A stretch of 64,000 nucleotides of DNA from an uncultured Methanosarcinales archaeon. GTDB taxonomy: Archaea > Nanobdellota > Nanobdellia > Woesearchaeales > CAYVYK01. The notes below the pieces were generated by a model. That model did no database searches. It was not told where the DNA came from and worked only from the letters and a program-made list of their open reading frames with translations. The DNA lies in contig CAYVYK010000007.1 in the NCBI GenBank assembly GCA_964455675.1, positions 40,166 to 104,165 on the forward strand. Direction: 5' to 3'. Positions 36,580-45,848 of this stretch are shown here, one piece after another. Made by a program: the position numbers and the translations under genes. Numbering within the stretch: the stretch's first letter is position 1; the number at the start of each line of letters is the position of its first letter.

Positions 36580-38037
36580 ATGACAAAGACATTCAGCCCC
36601 CGAACGGTCTACGCGCTCGTATTCCTGAGCCATTTTACCATGATTACGCTCGAGATCGCAGGATTTCGGCTGCTTGGCCACACGTTCGGCGTCTCACTCT
36701 ACTCGTGGGGCGCCATGATCGGGATTATCATGGTCGCGATGGGCATTGGAAGCCTCCTTGGGGGGTGGCTTGCAGACCGGAACAATGGCAGAGAATGGCT
36801 TGCAACACTTAGCCTCCTATCGGGAATTCTCCTCTCCTTTACCGTGATCGGCCATGACTATATCCTCGCTGTGGTCTCAAACCTAGCGACTATCGAGGGA
36901 GTGCTCTTATCCAGCCTCATTTTATTCTTCCCTCCAGTCGTACCGCTCGCGATGATTCCACCGCTCGTGATCAAACGACAAGCAAAGAGCGCACAACTTG
37001 GCTACAGCGCGGGCAGCGTATGGAGCCTTGCAACATGCGGCGATCTCTTTGGCATCCTCATCTCGGTATTATACCTCATCCCACACTTTGGAAGCCGCGC
37101 AGTGCTATATCTCTGCTTTGTCATCATCCTCGCATTTGGCGTTGTGGGCATGATGAAATCACACAAGGCGTACATCATCGCGCTTCTGCTCCTCCTCCTT
37201 CCACTTATCTTCACAACACCATCACTTCCGGGGATCGTCTACGAGAATGAATCGTTTTACAATTACATCTATGTGCAGAATGTCAACGGATATCTCCATC
37301 TCAAACTTAACCAAGCAGACCTCGTGCACTCAAGGCTGCCAACTCCTGCAACAGAATACATGGCAGGTGGATACACGGACCATGTACTCGTCAGCAGGTA
37401 TTACCATAACAGACCAAGCAATGTTCTGTTCCTCGGATCTGGAGCAGGCAATATGATCATCCAGTGGCAGCATTACTTCCCGGACGACCGGATCACTGGT
37501 GTGGAAATCGATCCAAAAGTCGTGCACGTTGCGCGGTCGATCTTCAACGTAACGGAGAATGAGAAAACCATCATGGTGGTTGATGATGGGAGGCCATTCC
37601 TCCATCGCTCGAATGAGGTTTACGACATTATCATCATTGACGTCTATCAAGGCAGCGCGTATGCCCCATTCTACATGATGACCAAGGAATTCTTCGCAGA
37701 TGTCTCGCGGCATCTCACGTCTGACGGCGTCCTCGTCATCAACGTCTTTGACTTGGGCGAAGGGGAACTTGCTGACGCAGTCGCAAACAGCGTTCAGCCA
37801 TCATTTGCATCAGTCCACATCGTGCAGGCAGGTAACCGGATCCTCTTTGCGACAAAACTACCCTCAGAACCACAAGACATTGGGGAATCAATACCGCCCG
37901 ATTATCCGATCGACACCAATTACGCGCAGATGTATACATTCTCGGCGAGCCCGTCCATTCCCACATTCACGGATGACGACTCCAACATTGAAGCGTTGAC
38001 GTACCGAATGCTCAAGAAGTACCGCAATGCCAGGTAG
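36580..38037 (+). CDS. spermidine synthase-like (aminopropyltransferase fold) protein fused to N-terminal 7-8 TM domain
   Basis: 485 aa. C-terminal VLFLGSGAGNM...GVEIDPKVV...IIIDVY Rossmann-type methyltransferase/PABS motifs after a polytopic N-terminus. Confidence 0.75.
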   Translation: MTKTFSPRTVYALVFLSHFTMITLEIAGFRLLGHTFGVSLYSWGAMIGIIMVAMGIGSLLGGWLADRNNGREWLATLSLLSGILLSFTVIGHDYILAVVSNLATIEGVLLSSLILFFPPVVPLAMIPPLVIKRQAKSAQLGYSAGSVWSLATCGDLFGILISVLYLIPHFGSRAVLYLCFVIILAFGVVGMMKSHKAYIIALLLLLLPLIFTTPSLPGIVYENESFYNYIYVQNVNGYLHLKLNQADLVHSRLPTPATEYMAGGYTDHVLVSRYYHNRPSNVLFLGSGAGNMIIQWQHYFPDDRITGVEIDPKVVHVARSIFNVTENEKTIMVVDDGRPFLHRSNEVYDIIIIDVYQGSAYAPFYMMTKEFFADVSRHLTSDGVLVINVFDLGEGELADAVANSVQPSFASVHIVQAGNRILFATKLPSEPQDIGESIPPDYPIDTNYAQMYTFSASPSIPTFTDDDSNIEALTYRMLKKYRNAR

Positions 38038-38049
38038 CACAGTCAGTTG

Positions 38050-38703
38050 TCAAGACTTTCTTAAAGATCTCCACGCATTAATCGTGGCATCAACCATCAC
38101 GTCCATCGTATCCATTCCTTTGAAGGAGGACTTTCGCGCAATGCATGATAATTCAGTACACGCAATAAGCACCTCGTCAACAGGATATTTACGGCTTATT
38201 TTCCGAAGCGTTGAACCCATCGATGGCGAGTATGCCCCATTGTTGTACACCAATATGATATCATCAATCTCCTGTGCATCCCTCTTTGAAAGAGCAACTT
38301 TTCTGATGTCCTCATAGTTGAATAGCAACCGTTCGGTTTTCATAGATCCAAGAACGATGAAAGATTTTACTTTCTTTTTCAACAGACGGACATGAACCTC
38401 CTTCTCAATATCGAGCAATGGAATGCTTACATACTTGCTCAATTCGTCCAAATACGCGTGAGCAGTATTACAGACAATCACAATAAAAGAGCACCCGACC
38501 TTGTCCAAGTCCCTCAACCCAGCAACATACATGGAGAGATCGGGATTATGCACGACAACTGGCTCAGCCGGGATACTATTGATGACCAGATGAGGATAAT
38601 CCTGATTAGCCCGAATCATTCCTCGAGACTGAACCTCCCGGATCATTCGGGCATAGAAATCAACAGATGACTCAGGACCAAGCCCACCAAGCACGCCTAT
38701 CTT
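38050..38703 (-). CDS. Asp/Glu/hydantoin racemase family protein (aspartate racemase-like)
   Basis: Track start 38757 is a TTG overlapping the SET gene. GTG 38703 yields the typical N-terminus VKIGVLGGLGPESSVDFY. CNTAHAY cysteine motif. Confidence 0.75.
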   Translation of the reverse strand, partial: KIGVLGGLGPESSVDFYARMIREVQSRGMIRANQDYPHLVINSIPAEPVVVHNPDLSMYVAGLRDLDKVGCSFIVIVCNTAHAYLDELSKYVSIPLLDIEKEVHVRLLKKKVKSFIVLGSMKTERLLFNYEDIRKVALSKRDAQEIDDIILVYNNGAYSPSMGSTLRKISRKYPVDEVLIACTELSCIARKSSFKGMDTMDVMVDATINAWRSLRKS

Positions 38704-38711
38704 CACGTCCT

Positions 38712-39086
38712 TTACTCGATCCTGTGAAATTTTTTCCTGCACCTTAGACTTCCGCAATTGCAGTTCACCTCCGACTCGCTCATCTCCGTACGATCATAAT
38801 CACAGGTGATCTCCTCTCCAGCAAAAATATTTCTCAGCGCGACAAGCCGAGGCTGCTCATGCGCAATGTCAAACAAAGCGTTTGGATCACAAGAGTGGTT
38901 AATCCAGTTCAAAACTTTCGGATCATTCAACCAACGCTCATTACCAATAAAAGCACATCTGCGTTTTGGAGCGGGGAGAATCGAATCCATTGGGGCTTTG
39001 TACAATACCTCACCTTTGAGAATATTACTTGCGGCAAATATACCAAACCCATGAATGGCACTATGCTTCCTAATAAGATTGGCCAT
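38712..39086 (-). CDS. SET-domain protein (lysine methyltransferase-like)
   Basis: 124 aa. GFGIFA, NHSCDPN, EEITCDY and post-SET CNCGSLRCR motifs. Confidence 0.8.
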   Translation of the reverse strand: MANLIRKHSAIHGFGIFAASNILKGEVLYKAPMDSILPAPKRRCAFIGNERWLNDPKVLNWINHSCDPNALFDIAHEQPRLVALRNIFAGEEITCDYDRTEMSESEVNCNCGSLRCRKKFHRIE

Positions 39087-39129
39087 ACGACGACACTAAA
39101 CAGATGAAGATATTAAAACTATCTACTTG

Positions 39130-39165
39130 ATATCGTCATATCGTTGATATCATCATTATATCGTT
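39130..39165 (+). repeat. three direct copies of ATATCGT in the SET/thyX divergent promoter region
   Basis: Copies at 39130-39136, 39138-39144 and 39158-39164. TATA atataaat at 39204-39211. Confidence 0.4.
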
Positions 39166-39233
39166 AAGAATCATTCCACCGAATACGAAGTCACCCATAA
39201 GGCATATAAATCGGATGCACTTCCCATTGCACC

Positions 39234-40841
39234 ATGGGGGATGAATTTTCTTTAGAGGAACAGGAACTTCTCAAACCGTTCGTGAGCAATATTGACAGTC
39301 CCATATTTGTGCTTCGAAATCTTCCTGAAGTCATCAAGGGAGCGCTTTTTTCAAGATACAGCAGAAGCACGAAAGGCCTTCGCAGACTGCTGCTTGATGA
39401 ATTCATCCAGGGAACAGAAAGCGGATTTAACGCACGAGCAACGGATACGGAAGACCTCCTTGATATCCAGAGAGCGCAAGCATTCTATGACAGAATTCTC
39501 GATGGATACGGCGACGACTCTATTGGAGAACTTGGGGGAGCACACTTGGCGCTCGAAAACGTGAGCATCCTTGCCACCAAGAACCTGGAAAATCCACGCA
39601 TCGGAGGAAGCCCCCTTGAGAAATCAACAAGATATGTCTATTTCGACCAGCAAGTCCATGGGGACTATCTGTACTACAAGGAACCAAGAATCATGGATTC
39701 AAGATTTGCTGACGACTATGTCCGCATCAACCGGCTCCTCTTTAGCACGTACAGCAGACTCATCCCTGACATGATGAAATTCCTTGAAACAACATATCCA
39801 AAAGACGCCAATATCCCGGAGAGCGCATACAGGTTCACGCTCCGCGCAAAAGCATGCGATGCACTGCGCGCGCTCCTACCGGCCTCAACGCTCACCAATA
39901 TGGGAATCTTCGGAAACGGAAGGTTCTTTGAGTCGCTGATCGTCCAGATGGAATGCAATGAGCTGACAGAGATGAGGAACATCGCAACAGACATGCGCCA
40001 AGAACTCGGAAAGGTCATACCCTCATTCATCAGAAGATCTGACCCCCAGCATATGTTTTTCGAGCCATTCCAGCGGTTCATCGGGCAAACACGAGAAGAT
40101 GTACGCGACCTTTCAAGAGAGATCACAAGCACTGAACAATCACGGCCAGCAGATGAAGTCAGACTCCTCCACTTTGATACGGATGCAGAAGAGCGCGTCC
40201 TTATGGCAATCATCTATCCACACTGCACGCTTGACCGAAGCCACTTAAAAAAGGTAATTGCACGACTGACACCAATCAAGCGGCAGGAGATCATCGACGC
40301 ATACTGCAGACAGCGCACCAACAGACGGCACAAGCCAGGACGCGCTTTCGAGAACGCAGTCTACAGTTTCGACCTTCAGGCGGATTATGGAGTGTACCGT
40401 GACCTTCACAGGCACCGGATGCTCACCCAGGAAAGACAGGAACTTGGAGTCCAGCACGGGTACATCATTCCTCCAGAAATAATCGCTGCCGGAATGGAAA
40501 AAGATTTTGTCCACTGCATGGATGAAGCTGCACACGTATACCAGAAGATCTATGAACAATTCCCTCGAGAAGCGCAATACGTCGTGCCGCTCGCATACAA
40601 GATCAGGTGGTATGTCACGCTCAACCTTCGGGAACTCTACTGGCTGTGCGAACTTCGTACTGTGCCGCAAGGACATCCCAACTACCGGAGAGTCGTGCAG
40701 AACATGTTCAAGCAGGTCCAGAGCGTTCATCCGAACCTTGTGAAAAACATGACATACGTCGATATGAATGATTATTCGCTAGGCCGGCTGAAATCTGAAA
40801 TCGAGAAAGAACAGCGCAAGATGGACCTACAACACCAGTAA
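39234..40841 (+). CDS. thyX: flavin-dependent thymidylate synthase (ThyX)-like protein, double-length (tandem-domain) form
   Basis: 535 aa. N-terminal GALFSRYSRS (ThyX R-x-x-Y-S-like). C-terminal-half YRDLHRHRMLTQERQ matches the ThyX RHR motif. Length about twice a canonical ThyX. Confidence 0.5.
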   Translation: MGDEFSLEEQELLKPFVSNIDSPIFVLRNLPEVIKGALFSRYSRSTKGLRRLLLDEFIQGTESGFNARATDTEDLLDIQRAQAFYDRILDGYGDDSIGELGGAHLALENVSILATKNLENPRIGGSPLEKSTRYVYFDQQVHGDYLYYKEPRIMDSRFADDYVRINRLLFSTYSRLIPDMMKFLETTYPKDANIPESAYRFTLRAKACDALRALLPASTLTNMGIFGNGRFFESLIVQMECNELTEMRNIATDMRQELGKVIPSFIRRSDPQHMFFEPFQRFIGQTREDVRDLSREITSTEQSRPADEVRLLHFDTDAEERVLMAIIYPHCTLDRSHLKKVIARLTPIKRQEIIDAYCRQRTNRRHKPGRAFENAVYSFDLQADYGVYRDLHRHRMLTQERQELGVQHGYIIPPEIIAAGMEKDFVHCMDEAAHVYQKIYEQFPREAQYVVPLAYKIRWYVTLNLRELYWLCELRTVPQGHPNYRRVVQNMFKQVQSVHPNLVKNMTYVDMNDYSLGRLKSEIEKEQRKMDLQHQ

Positions 40842-40884
40842 GCGACAGTAAAAATTAATAAAGAGAGAGCACAACAACAGAAGG

Positions 40885-41337
40885 ATGCAGCGCACCGGCA
40901 TTCTCGTGGCACTTCTCGGCGTCCTCTTCATAGGCCTTCTCATGATCGGACGAGGAATCACAGGGATGGTCATCTCGGGACAAGAAGTCAGCAGTGACTG
41001 CAGTAGCAGCATCGAATGCGGAAGCGGACAGGTATGCTGCAAATTCTACGGAAAAGAGTTTGGCGTCTGCCACCTGCAAAGCCAGTGCCTCAAGATCACC
41101 GAGATAACGCGAGAAGAACAGGAGAATTACGCAGACTTTCTCAACATCATAAACACGGAAGGTATAACCGTCGAGGAGCCGGCACAACTCTATGTTCACA
41201 CCATCGTTCGGGATCCAGAGGAGACACCACACCTCACACTTACTGAAGGAATGCTCGGGCTCATCATCGCGATGCTCGCATTCATCGGGCTGTACCTCTT
41301 TCTCCACTACGATCAACATCTCATGAAGACACATTGA
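40885..41337 (+). CDS. small membrane protein with extracytoplasmic Cys-rich segment (two terminal TM helices)
   Basis: 150 aa. SD agaagg. DCSSSIECGSGQVCCKFYGKEFGVCHLQSQC between N- and C-terminal helices. Confidence 0.4.
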   Translation: MQRTGILVALLGVLFIGLLMIGRGITGMVISGQEVSSDCSSSIECGSGQVCCKFYGKEFGVCHLQSQCLKITEITREEQENYADFLNIINTEGITVEEPAQLYVHTIVRDPEETPHLTLTEGMLGLIIAMLAFIGLYLFLHYDQHLMKTH

Positions 41338-41426
41338 TAATACTCATTCTAAGCGACGAAGAATGCAGAGCACTAGGAAAAAGATAATTGGAGAATACAA
41401 GATAGAAAATAAAGAGAAAAAGGAAG

Positions 41427-42245
41427 CTACTTCTTCACAACTTCCTTAGATACTCTCATCGCCTTCCAGGCAAGCTCGAAGAGCTCTTCTACTGCGCTTG
41501 CAAAGAATGGAGTATTCACCCAGATTCCAATATCATATGTCGGATGAACCTCAGTATCATCGAGCACCATGAAGATAATCTCCTTGCCATCAACAACGAT
41601 AAAGCGAGCACGGCTGTCCGAATGGCGCACTTCCGCAACATCACCCAAGTCCTTCACGGCATTGTGAGTTTCTTTTGTGAGCGGAGCTGCGATGCGGATC
41701 TTGACACCGCGTTTCTTGAGTTTCTCAAAAACGGGTTTTAAACCCTCGATCTTTCGCATCAGACCTTGGGATGTCGTCATTATGGTCACCGTCTCCTCGG
41801 CATTCCTGATGGTGAGCTCAATATGATTGTAGAGATTATGCCTCCCACGCAGGCTTCCGGAAATATCGGCTGGTTCCACGAGTTCGACACCTTGAGTGTG
41901 GAGAGAGTTCAACTCGCCAAGCACATCAGTACTCTTCAAGTCCTCGAGGCGCTTGACTTTCTCGTCAGCTTCCGACTTCATATTCTTCTTCACGCGTTCA
42001 ACAACTTCATTTGGCGGAACCGCAATGTACTTGATCGGCTTACCAAGCTTCATAATCACAAATCCTTTTTTTTCGAGGCTTTCGAGCACATCATAACTGC
42101 GTGAGCGGGGAACATTCGCAATATCGCTTAATTCACCAGCAGTAGAAACCCCACGGGACAATAACGCAGCCCATATCTTCACCTCATAAAGGTTCAACGA
42201 GAAATACCGTCTCAATTTGCTTAAAAACTCCTCCTTAACAATCAT
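41427..42245 (-). CDS. TrmB-family transcriptional regulator
   Basis: 272 aa. N-terminal wHTH LNLYEVKIWAALLSRGVSTAGELSDIANVPRSRSYDVLESLEKKGFV plus TrmB C-terminal domain. Confidence 0.8.
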   Translation of the reverse strand: MIVKEEFLSKLRRYFSLNLYEVKIWAALLSRGVSTAGELSDIANVPRSRSYDVLESLEKKGFVIMKLGKPIKYIAVPPNEVVERVKKNMKSEADEKVKRLEDLKSTDVLGELNSLHTQGVELVEPADISGSLRGRHNLYNHIELTIRNAEETVTIMTTSQGLMRKIEGLKPVFEKLKKRGVKIRIAAPLTKETHNAVKDLGDVAEVRHSDSRARFIVVDGKEIIFMVLDDTEVHPTYDIGIWVNTPFFASAVEELFELAWKAMRVSKEVVKK

Positions 42246-42278
42246 CGTTCCATCCCCCTCTTTTTTTAACCAAAATGA

Positions 42279-42297
42279 GTAGTTTCGAACGAACTAC
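42279..42297 (+). promoter_or_regulatory. inverted repeat GTAGTT-N7-AACTAC immediately upstream of trmB (candidate operator)
   Basis: Read directly, 34 nt upstream of the trmB start on the minus strand. Confidence 0.35.
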
Positions 42298-42669
42298 ATC
42301 CCCCGACCCAGGTTAATCAACATGGTACTACTATTAAAACATTACGGTTTATTACTCCACTCCAGTACTTCCAAAACTGATCCCTTGGTAAGTACTAGCA
42401 GGTGATTAACCCCACTCTCTGGTAACACCTTCACAAATGCAGACTATATAAATTTTGTCATTTGGGCGCAATAGTAACGACTTCCCTATGTGTGTTCCCA
42501 TGCCGCACATTTTCTGTTCAAGTATATGTTCTGTTGTTCACTATAATGTACAATATCATTTTCTAGTAAATAAACCCTGTTTTTTCCCCAATAATTATAA
42601 ATACGTGAAGATTGTTTGTTCAATTTTATATACAATTGTATTAATAAATAATATGCAGGCTAGAACACC

Positions 42670-43185
42670 GTGCTTGTCGAATCAAACATCTGGAGAATCC
42701 TGGAATTATTCTTTGAAAACCCCGCACGAGAGTTCTACCTGCGGGAAATATCGCGTATTACGCGCATTCCCGCAGCGAGCGTGCACGTCACGATGAAAAA
42801 ACTTGAGAAGATAAACCTCGTGACACGTGAAAAAACTCCGGCCGTTGACAAGTTCAAAGCACGAATTGATGAGCGGAGATTCATCGCACTCAAGCGGGCC
42901 CACAATCTTCACAAGATCCTTCAGAGCGAGGGTCTCGCACAGCTCATCACGTATGCAGATCCAAAAGCAGTCTGGATGACCGGGCCATATTCACAGGGAA
43001 GAAATGAGACGACCGATAACCTCACGATCTATTGCATGGATAGCAAAAAAGAAAGTTTCCAGCAAAAAAATTGGGAGAAGGAGATTGGCACCGCAATCAC
43101 CATCACGCATATCCCGAAACGAAGAATTCTCGCTTATGCGAATATCCTTATGGAGGGGGCACTAGTCTATGGACATGTCGACTAA
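42670..43185 (+). CDS. putative wHTH DNA-binding protein, hypothetical
   Basis: 171 aa. GTG start. N-terminal WRILELFFENPAREFYLREISRITRIPAASVHVTMKKLEKINLV resembles a MarR/ArsR-like winged helix. First gene of a 3-gene overlapping operon. Confidence 0.4.
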   Translation: MLVESNIWRILELFFENPAREFYLREISRITRIPAASVHVTMKKLEKINLVTREKTPAVDKFKARIDERRFIALKRAHNLHKILQSEGLAQLITYADPKAVWMTGPYSQGRNETTDNLTIYCMDSKKESFQQKNWEKEIGTAITITHIPKRRILAYANILMEGALVYGHVD

Positions 43186-43954
43186 ACGAGCAGCTATCAT
43201 CGGAATTCTAGTTGCAATCGCAAGCTCAATGCATGCATACGCCTTTGGCATAGACTCATTTCGAAACGGACTTTCAAAGATCGGAGAATCCGCGCATGCC
43301 GTCGTGAGTGATGATTATGCAGCACTTGCGATCGTCGTTATCCTTGGTATACTCCTTGAGATCGCAGCGATCAATTCTGCGATAAAAAAAGTAAAGATCT
43401 TCGAAGGGCAGGGAGGAGCTGGCGTTAGCAACGGAGGAAAAGTCATCTCGATCGTGCTTTCAGTCTTCACATGGGTTGCGATACTACGATTCACCAATGT
43501 AGGAATCATCATCGGAGCGGTGCAAAGCATCCTTGGAAAATTCGGAATCATCGTTGGCATCATCATCGGTGTAGTGAGCTACCTCGCATGGCGAAAAGCA
43601 TTCCCAAAACATCCATACTTTGGATTCATGATCATTGGACTACTGGAGACACTCCTTGGGATCTTCCTCATCGAAAGCCCAATCATCGCGCTTCTTGGCA
43701 TCGCAAGCATAATCCTTGGACTCCTCCTCATGTTCCGCGCACGCCGCAGCGGGCAAACAGGAAGAGATACCACAGAGCTAGGGCGCACTGTTGACCGAGG
43801 AAGAGATAGAGCAGCACGTGATTCTGCACGCGATGAACAAAGCAGACGGGAAGCTTCGCGAGCGCGGCAGCAGGAACAGCAAGCAGGCCTTGCCGAGGAA
43901 TCAGCCGCACAGGATGGCAACACCATTGCACGAATTCTGAGGGAGCAACGATGA
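43169..43954 (+). CDS. polytopic membrane protein with Gly-rich TM repeats and Arg/Asp/Glu-rich C-terminal tail, hypothetical
   Basis: 261 aa. About 6 TM. Tail RDTTELGRTVDRGRDRAARDSARDEQSRREASRARQQEQQ. 17-nt overlap upstream and ATGA overlap downstream. Confidence 0.45.
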   Translation: MDMSTKRAAIIGILVAIASSMHAYAFGIDSFRNGLSKIGESAHAVVSDDYAALAIVVILGILLEIAAINSAIKKVKIFEGQGGAGVSNGGKVISIVLSVFTWVAILRFTNVGIIIGAVQSILGKFGIIVGIIIGVVSYLAWRKAFPKHPYFGFMIIGLLETLLGIFLIESPIIALLGIASIILGLLLMFRARRSGQTGRDTTELGRTVDRGRDRAARDSARDEQSRREASRARQQEQQAGLAEESAAQDGNTIARILREQR

Positions 43955-44559
43955 CTAACTACAGAGCACTCCGGACGGCGCTGCAATCACAGCTCGAAAA
44001 GCTCGAATTCAGCATCCATGGCATGGATAATTCACGCATCATCGACCAACGAGTCGCGCTAAGAGAACGATCGATCGAAGGCGATGATGACCGTCAGGCA
44101 GCGCAGGAAACCGGATGGATGTACCGCGTTCGACGAGATATCAACAAGGGATGGGCTGCGGTAACATGGCAGGTCCTCCTTGATCGTATCAGTGACGCAG
44201 AACGACTGCGAAAAAAGATCCATGACGCACGCACAAACATCCAAGCCACGGAACGAGATCTTGCAAGCTTGCGAGACGAGAAGTATAAGATTCTTGAGCG
44301 CATTGCTCTCAAGACTCAGGAACAACTCAGACTCTGCGACGCAGGGGAAGAGACAAGATCCCCTGTGTATATCCAGAAGATGCTCAAGCTCGAAATGGAA
44401 AAAAGAAACCTCTTCGTGCTTTCAGCGCAACTCAACATCCAAATCAGATCAGTTGAAGAAATCATCGCACGAAGCATGCAGAGTATCAGAATTTCTGAAC
44501 AGGAGCTTTTGAACAAGCTCAGCCAAGTATCCCGCGACAAGAACAGATGGGGGCTGTAA
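43951..44559 (+). CDS. coiled-coil protein, hypothetical
   Basis: 202 aa, heptad-rich, charged. Confidence 0.4.
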   Translation: MTNYRALRTALQSQLEKLEFSIHGMDNSRIIDQRVALRERSIEGDDDRQAAQETGWMYRVRRDINKGWAAVTWQVLLDRISDAERLRKKIHDARTNIQATERDLASLRDEKYKILERIALKTQEQLRLCDAGEETRSPVYIQKMLKLEMEKRNLFVLSAQLNIQIRSVEEIIARSMQSIRISEQELLNKLSQVSRDKNRWGL

Positions 44560-44653
44560 GAACCGATTTTCTTCAGATAATCACAAGAGAATATTAACAA
44601 GAGCGTTCACAAAGCCCGCGGCAGCCATTGCGCATTACAAAAGAAGGCAACAG

Positions 44654-45706
44654 TCAGTTCATTCGAAATCTCAGAAAGGCAGCAATCCCAGAAATTCCAT
44701 CAAGACGCTTCCCACCATCGTGGTCAGAAGAAACCATATGAACCGTTCCCTTCTTTATCTCAACGCCACGAAGCAAGGACTCAAGCTTCGCATAGGAACC
44801 AAGCTCACGCTGTTCCTTGATAAAATTCGTGGAGATGAGCAAGGTCTCGACAGCGGACGCTGCATCCGCAGCCACCACATCAGAAAAACCATACGCAACA
44901 GCCTTGTTCTTCGCAATGGACGCGAGGAGTTCCTCCACAAGAAATGATTCCTGACTCACACGGCTTTGCTTCAATGCTTTTCGAACCTCGGGACGCTTCA
45001 AGAGCTCATTAAAGGAGGAAGGAGTCACATCACTCACGGAAGCAAGAATCCATCTCTTCTTTATCTCAGGATTCTGAACACGCTTGAGCAGCTCCTCTTT
45101 CCAAAAAGACGGAGAAGCCACAACAACCGCCGATGGTACCAGACGCTGCTGGTATTCATCAATTACTTGCACTATTCGCGCAAAGAAATCTTTTGTCATG
45201 GCATTGTCAAACCCCTTCTTTTGCACAAGCCCCTCCTCGTGAACGAGAACTTCATAGCCCGAGCGCTTGAGCTTTGCCACATAGAGTTCCTCGCGATCGA
45301 ATATGACGAGCAGAATAGGGCTGGTAATCTCTGATGTAGCTTCCAGAAGGCGATCCTTCTGCACCTTCAGCCATGATTCCTTATTTAGGGTGAAGGTGGA
45401 ATTGGGCTCGAGCGCGAACGTGTGGTGCGCGCCATGAGGAATATCCTCAGGACCTTGAGTGATCGTGCCGTTCACGCGAATGCTTATGGCATCAGGACTC
45501 CACTCAACTTTTTCCACGCGGATCTCAAGGAAGATGGACTTACGAACACCAGACTCACCTTCCCTTCCCGTGGTCATTTTCCGGAATGTCTTACCCTTGA
45601 TAAGGTCACCTTTGTCAATCATCTGCGACAAGTACCAGAGATCATCAAGGTTTTCAGCCTTGAGCGTAACCTCTCCCTTCTTGAAATTCTCGGAAATCAG
45701 CTGCAT
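44654..45706 (-). CDS. pelA: Pelota/Dom34 ribosome-rescue factor
   Basis: Track ORF extends to 45913. Homology begins at MQLISENFKKGEVTLKAENLDDLWYLSQMIDKGDL (ATG 45706). About 351 aa with an eRF1-like domain arrangement. Confidence 0.85.
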   Translation of the reverse strand: MQLISENFKKGEVTLKAENLDDLWYLSQMIDKGDLIKGKTFRKMTTGREGESGVRKSIFLEIRVEKVEWSPDAISIRVNGTITQGPEDIPHGAHHTFALEPNSTFTLNKESWLKVQKDRLLEATSEITSPILLVIFDREELYVAKLKRSGYEVLVHEEGLVQKKGFDNAMTKDFFARIVQVIDEYQQRLVPSAVVVASPSFWKEELLKRVQNPEIKKRWILASVSDVTPSSFNELLKRPEVRKALKQSRVSQESFLVEELLASIAKNKAVAYGFSDVVAADAASAVETLLISTNFIKEQRELGSYAKLESLLRGVEIKKGTVHMVSSDHDGGKRLDGISGIAAFLRFRMN

Positions 45707-45848
45707 AGCCAGGCTGTAATGCGAGGTCTCTAATAAATTACTCGAAAAAAACCTCACGGGCACATCAGGTACAAGAACTTTGCAACAGCAACATTTATAT
45801 ATACTAGGAGCCAAGAAATGCCCATAGATTTTTGTAACAGGTGACAAG

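Noticed and set aside
42280-42310. ttcgaac...cccccgaccc segment resembling a tRNA T-arm/acceptor
   Set aside because: No complementary 5' acceptor strand, D arm or anticodon arm nearby; it is better explained as the GTAGTT-N7-AACTAC palindrome.
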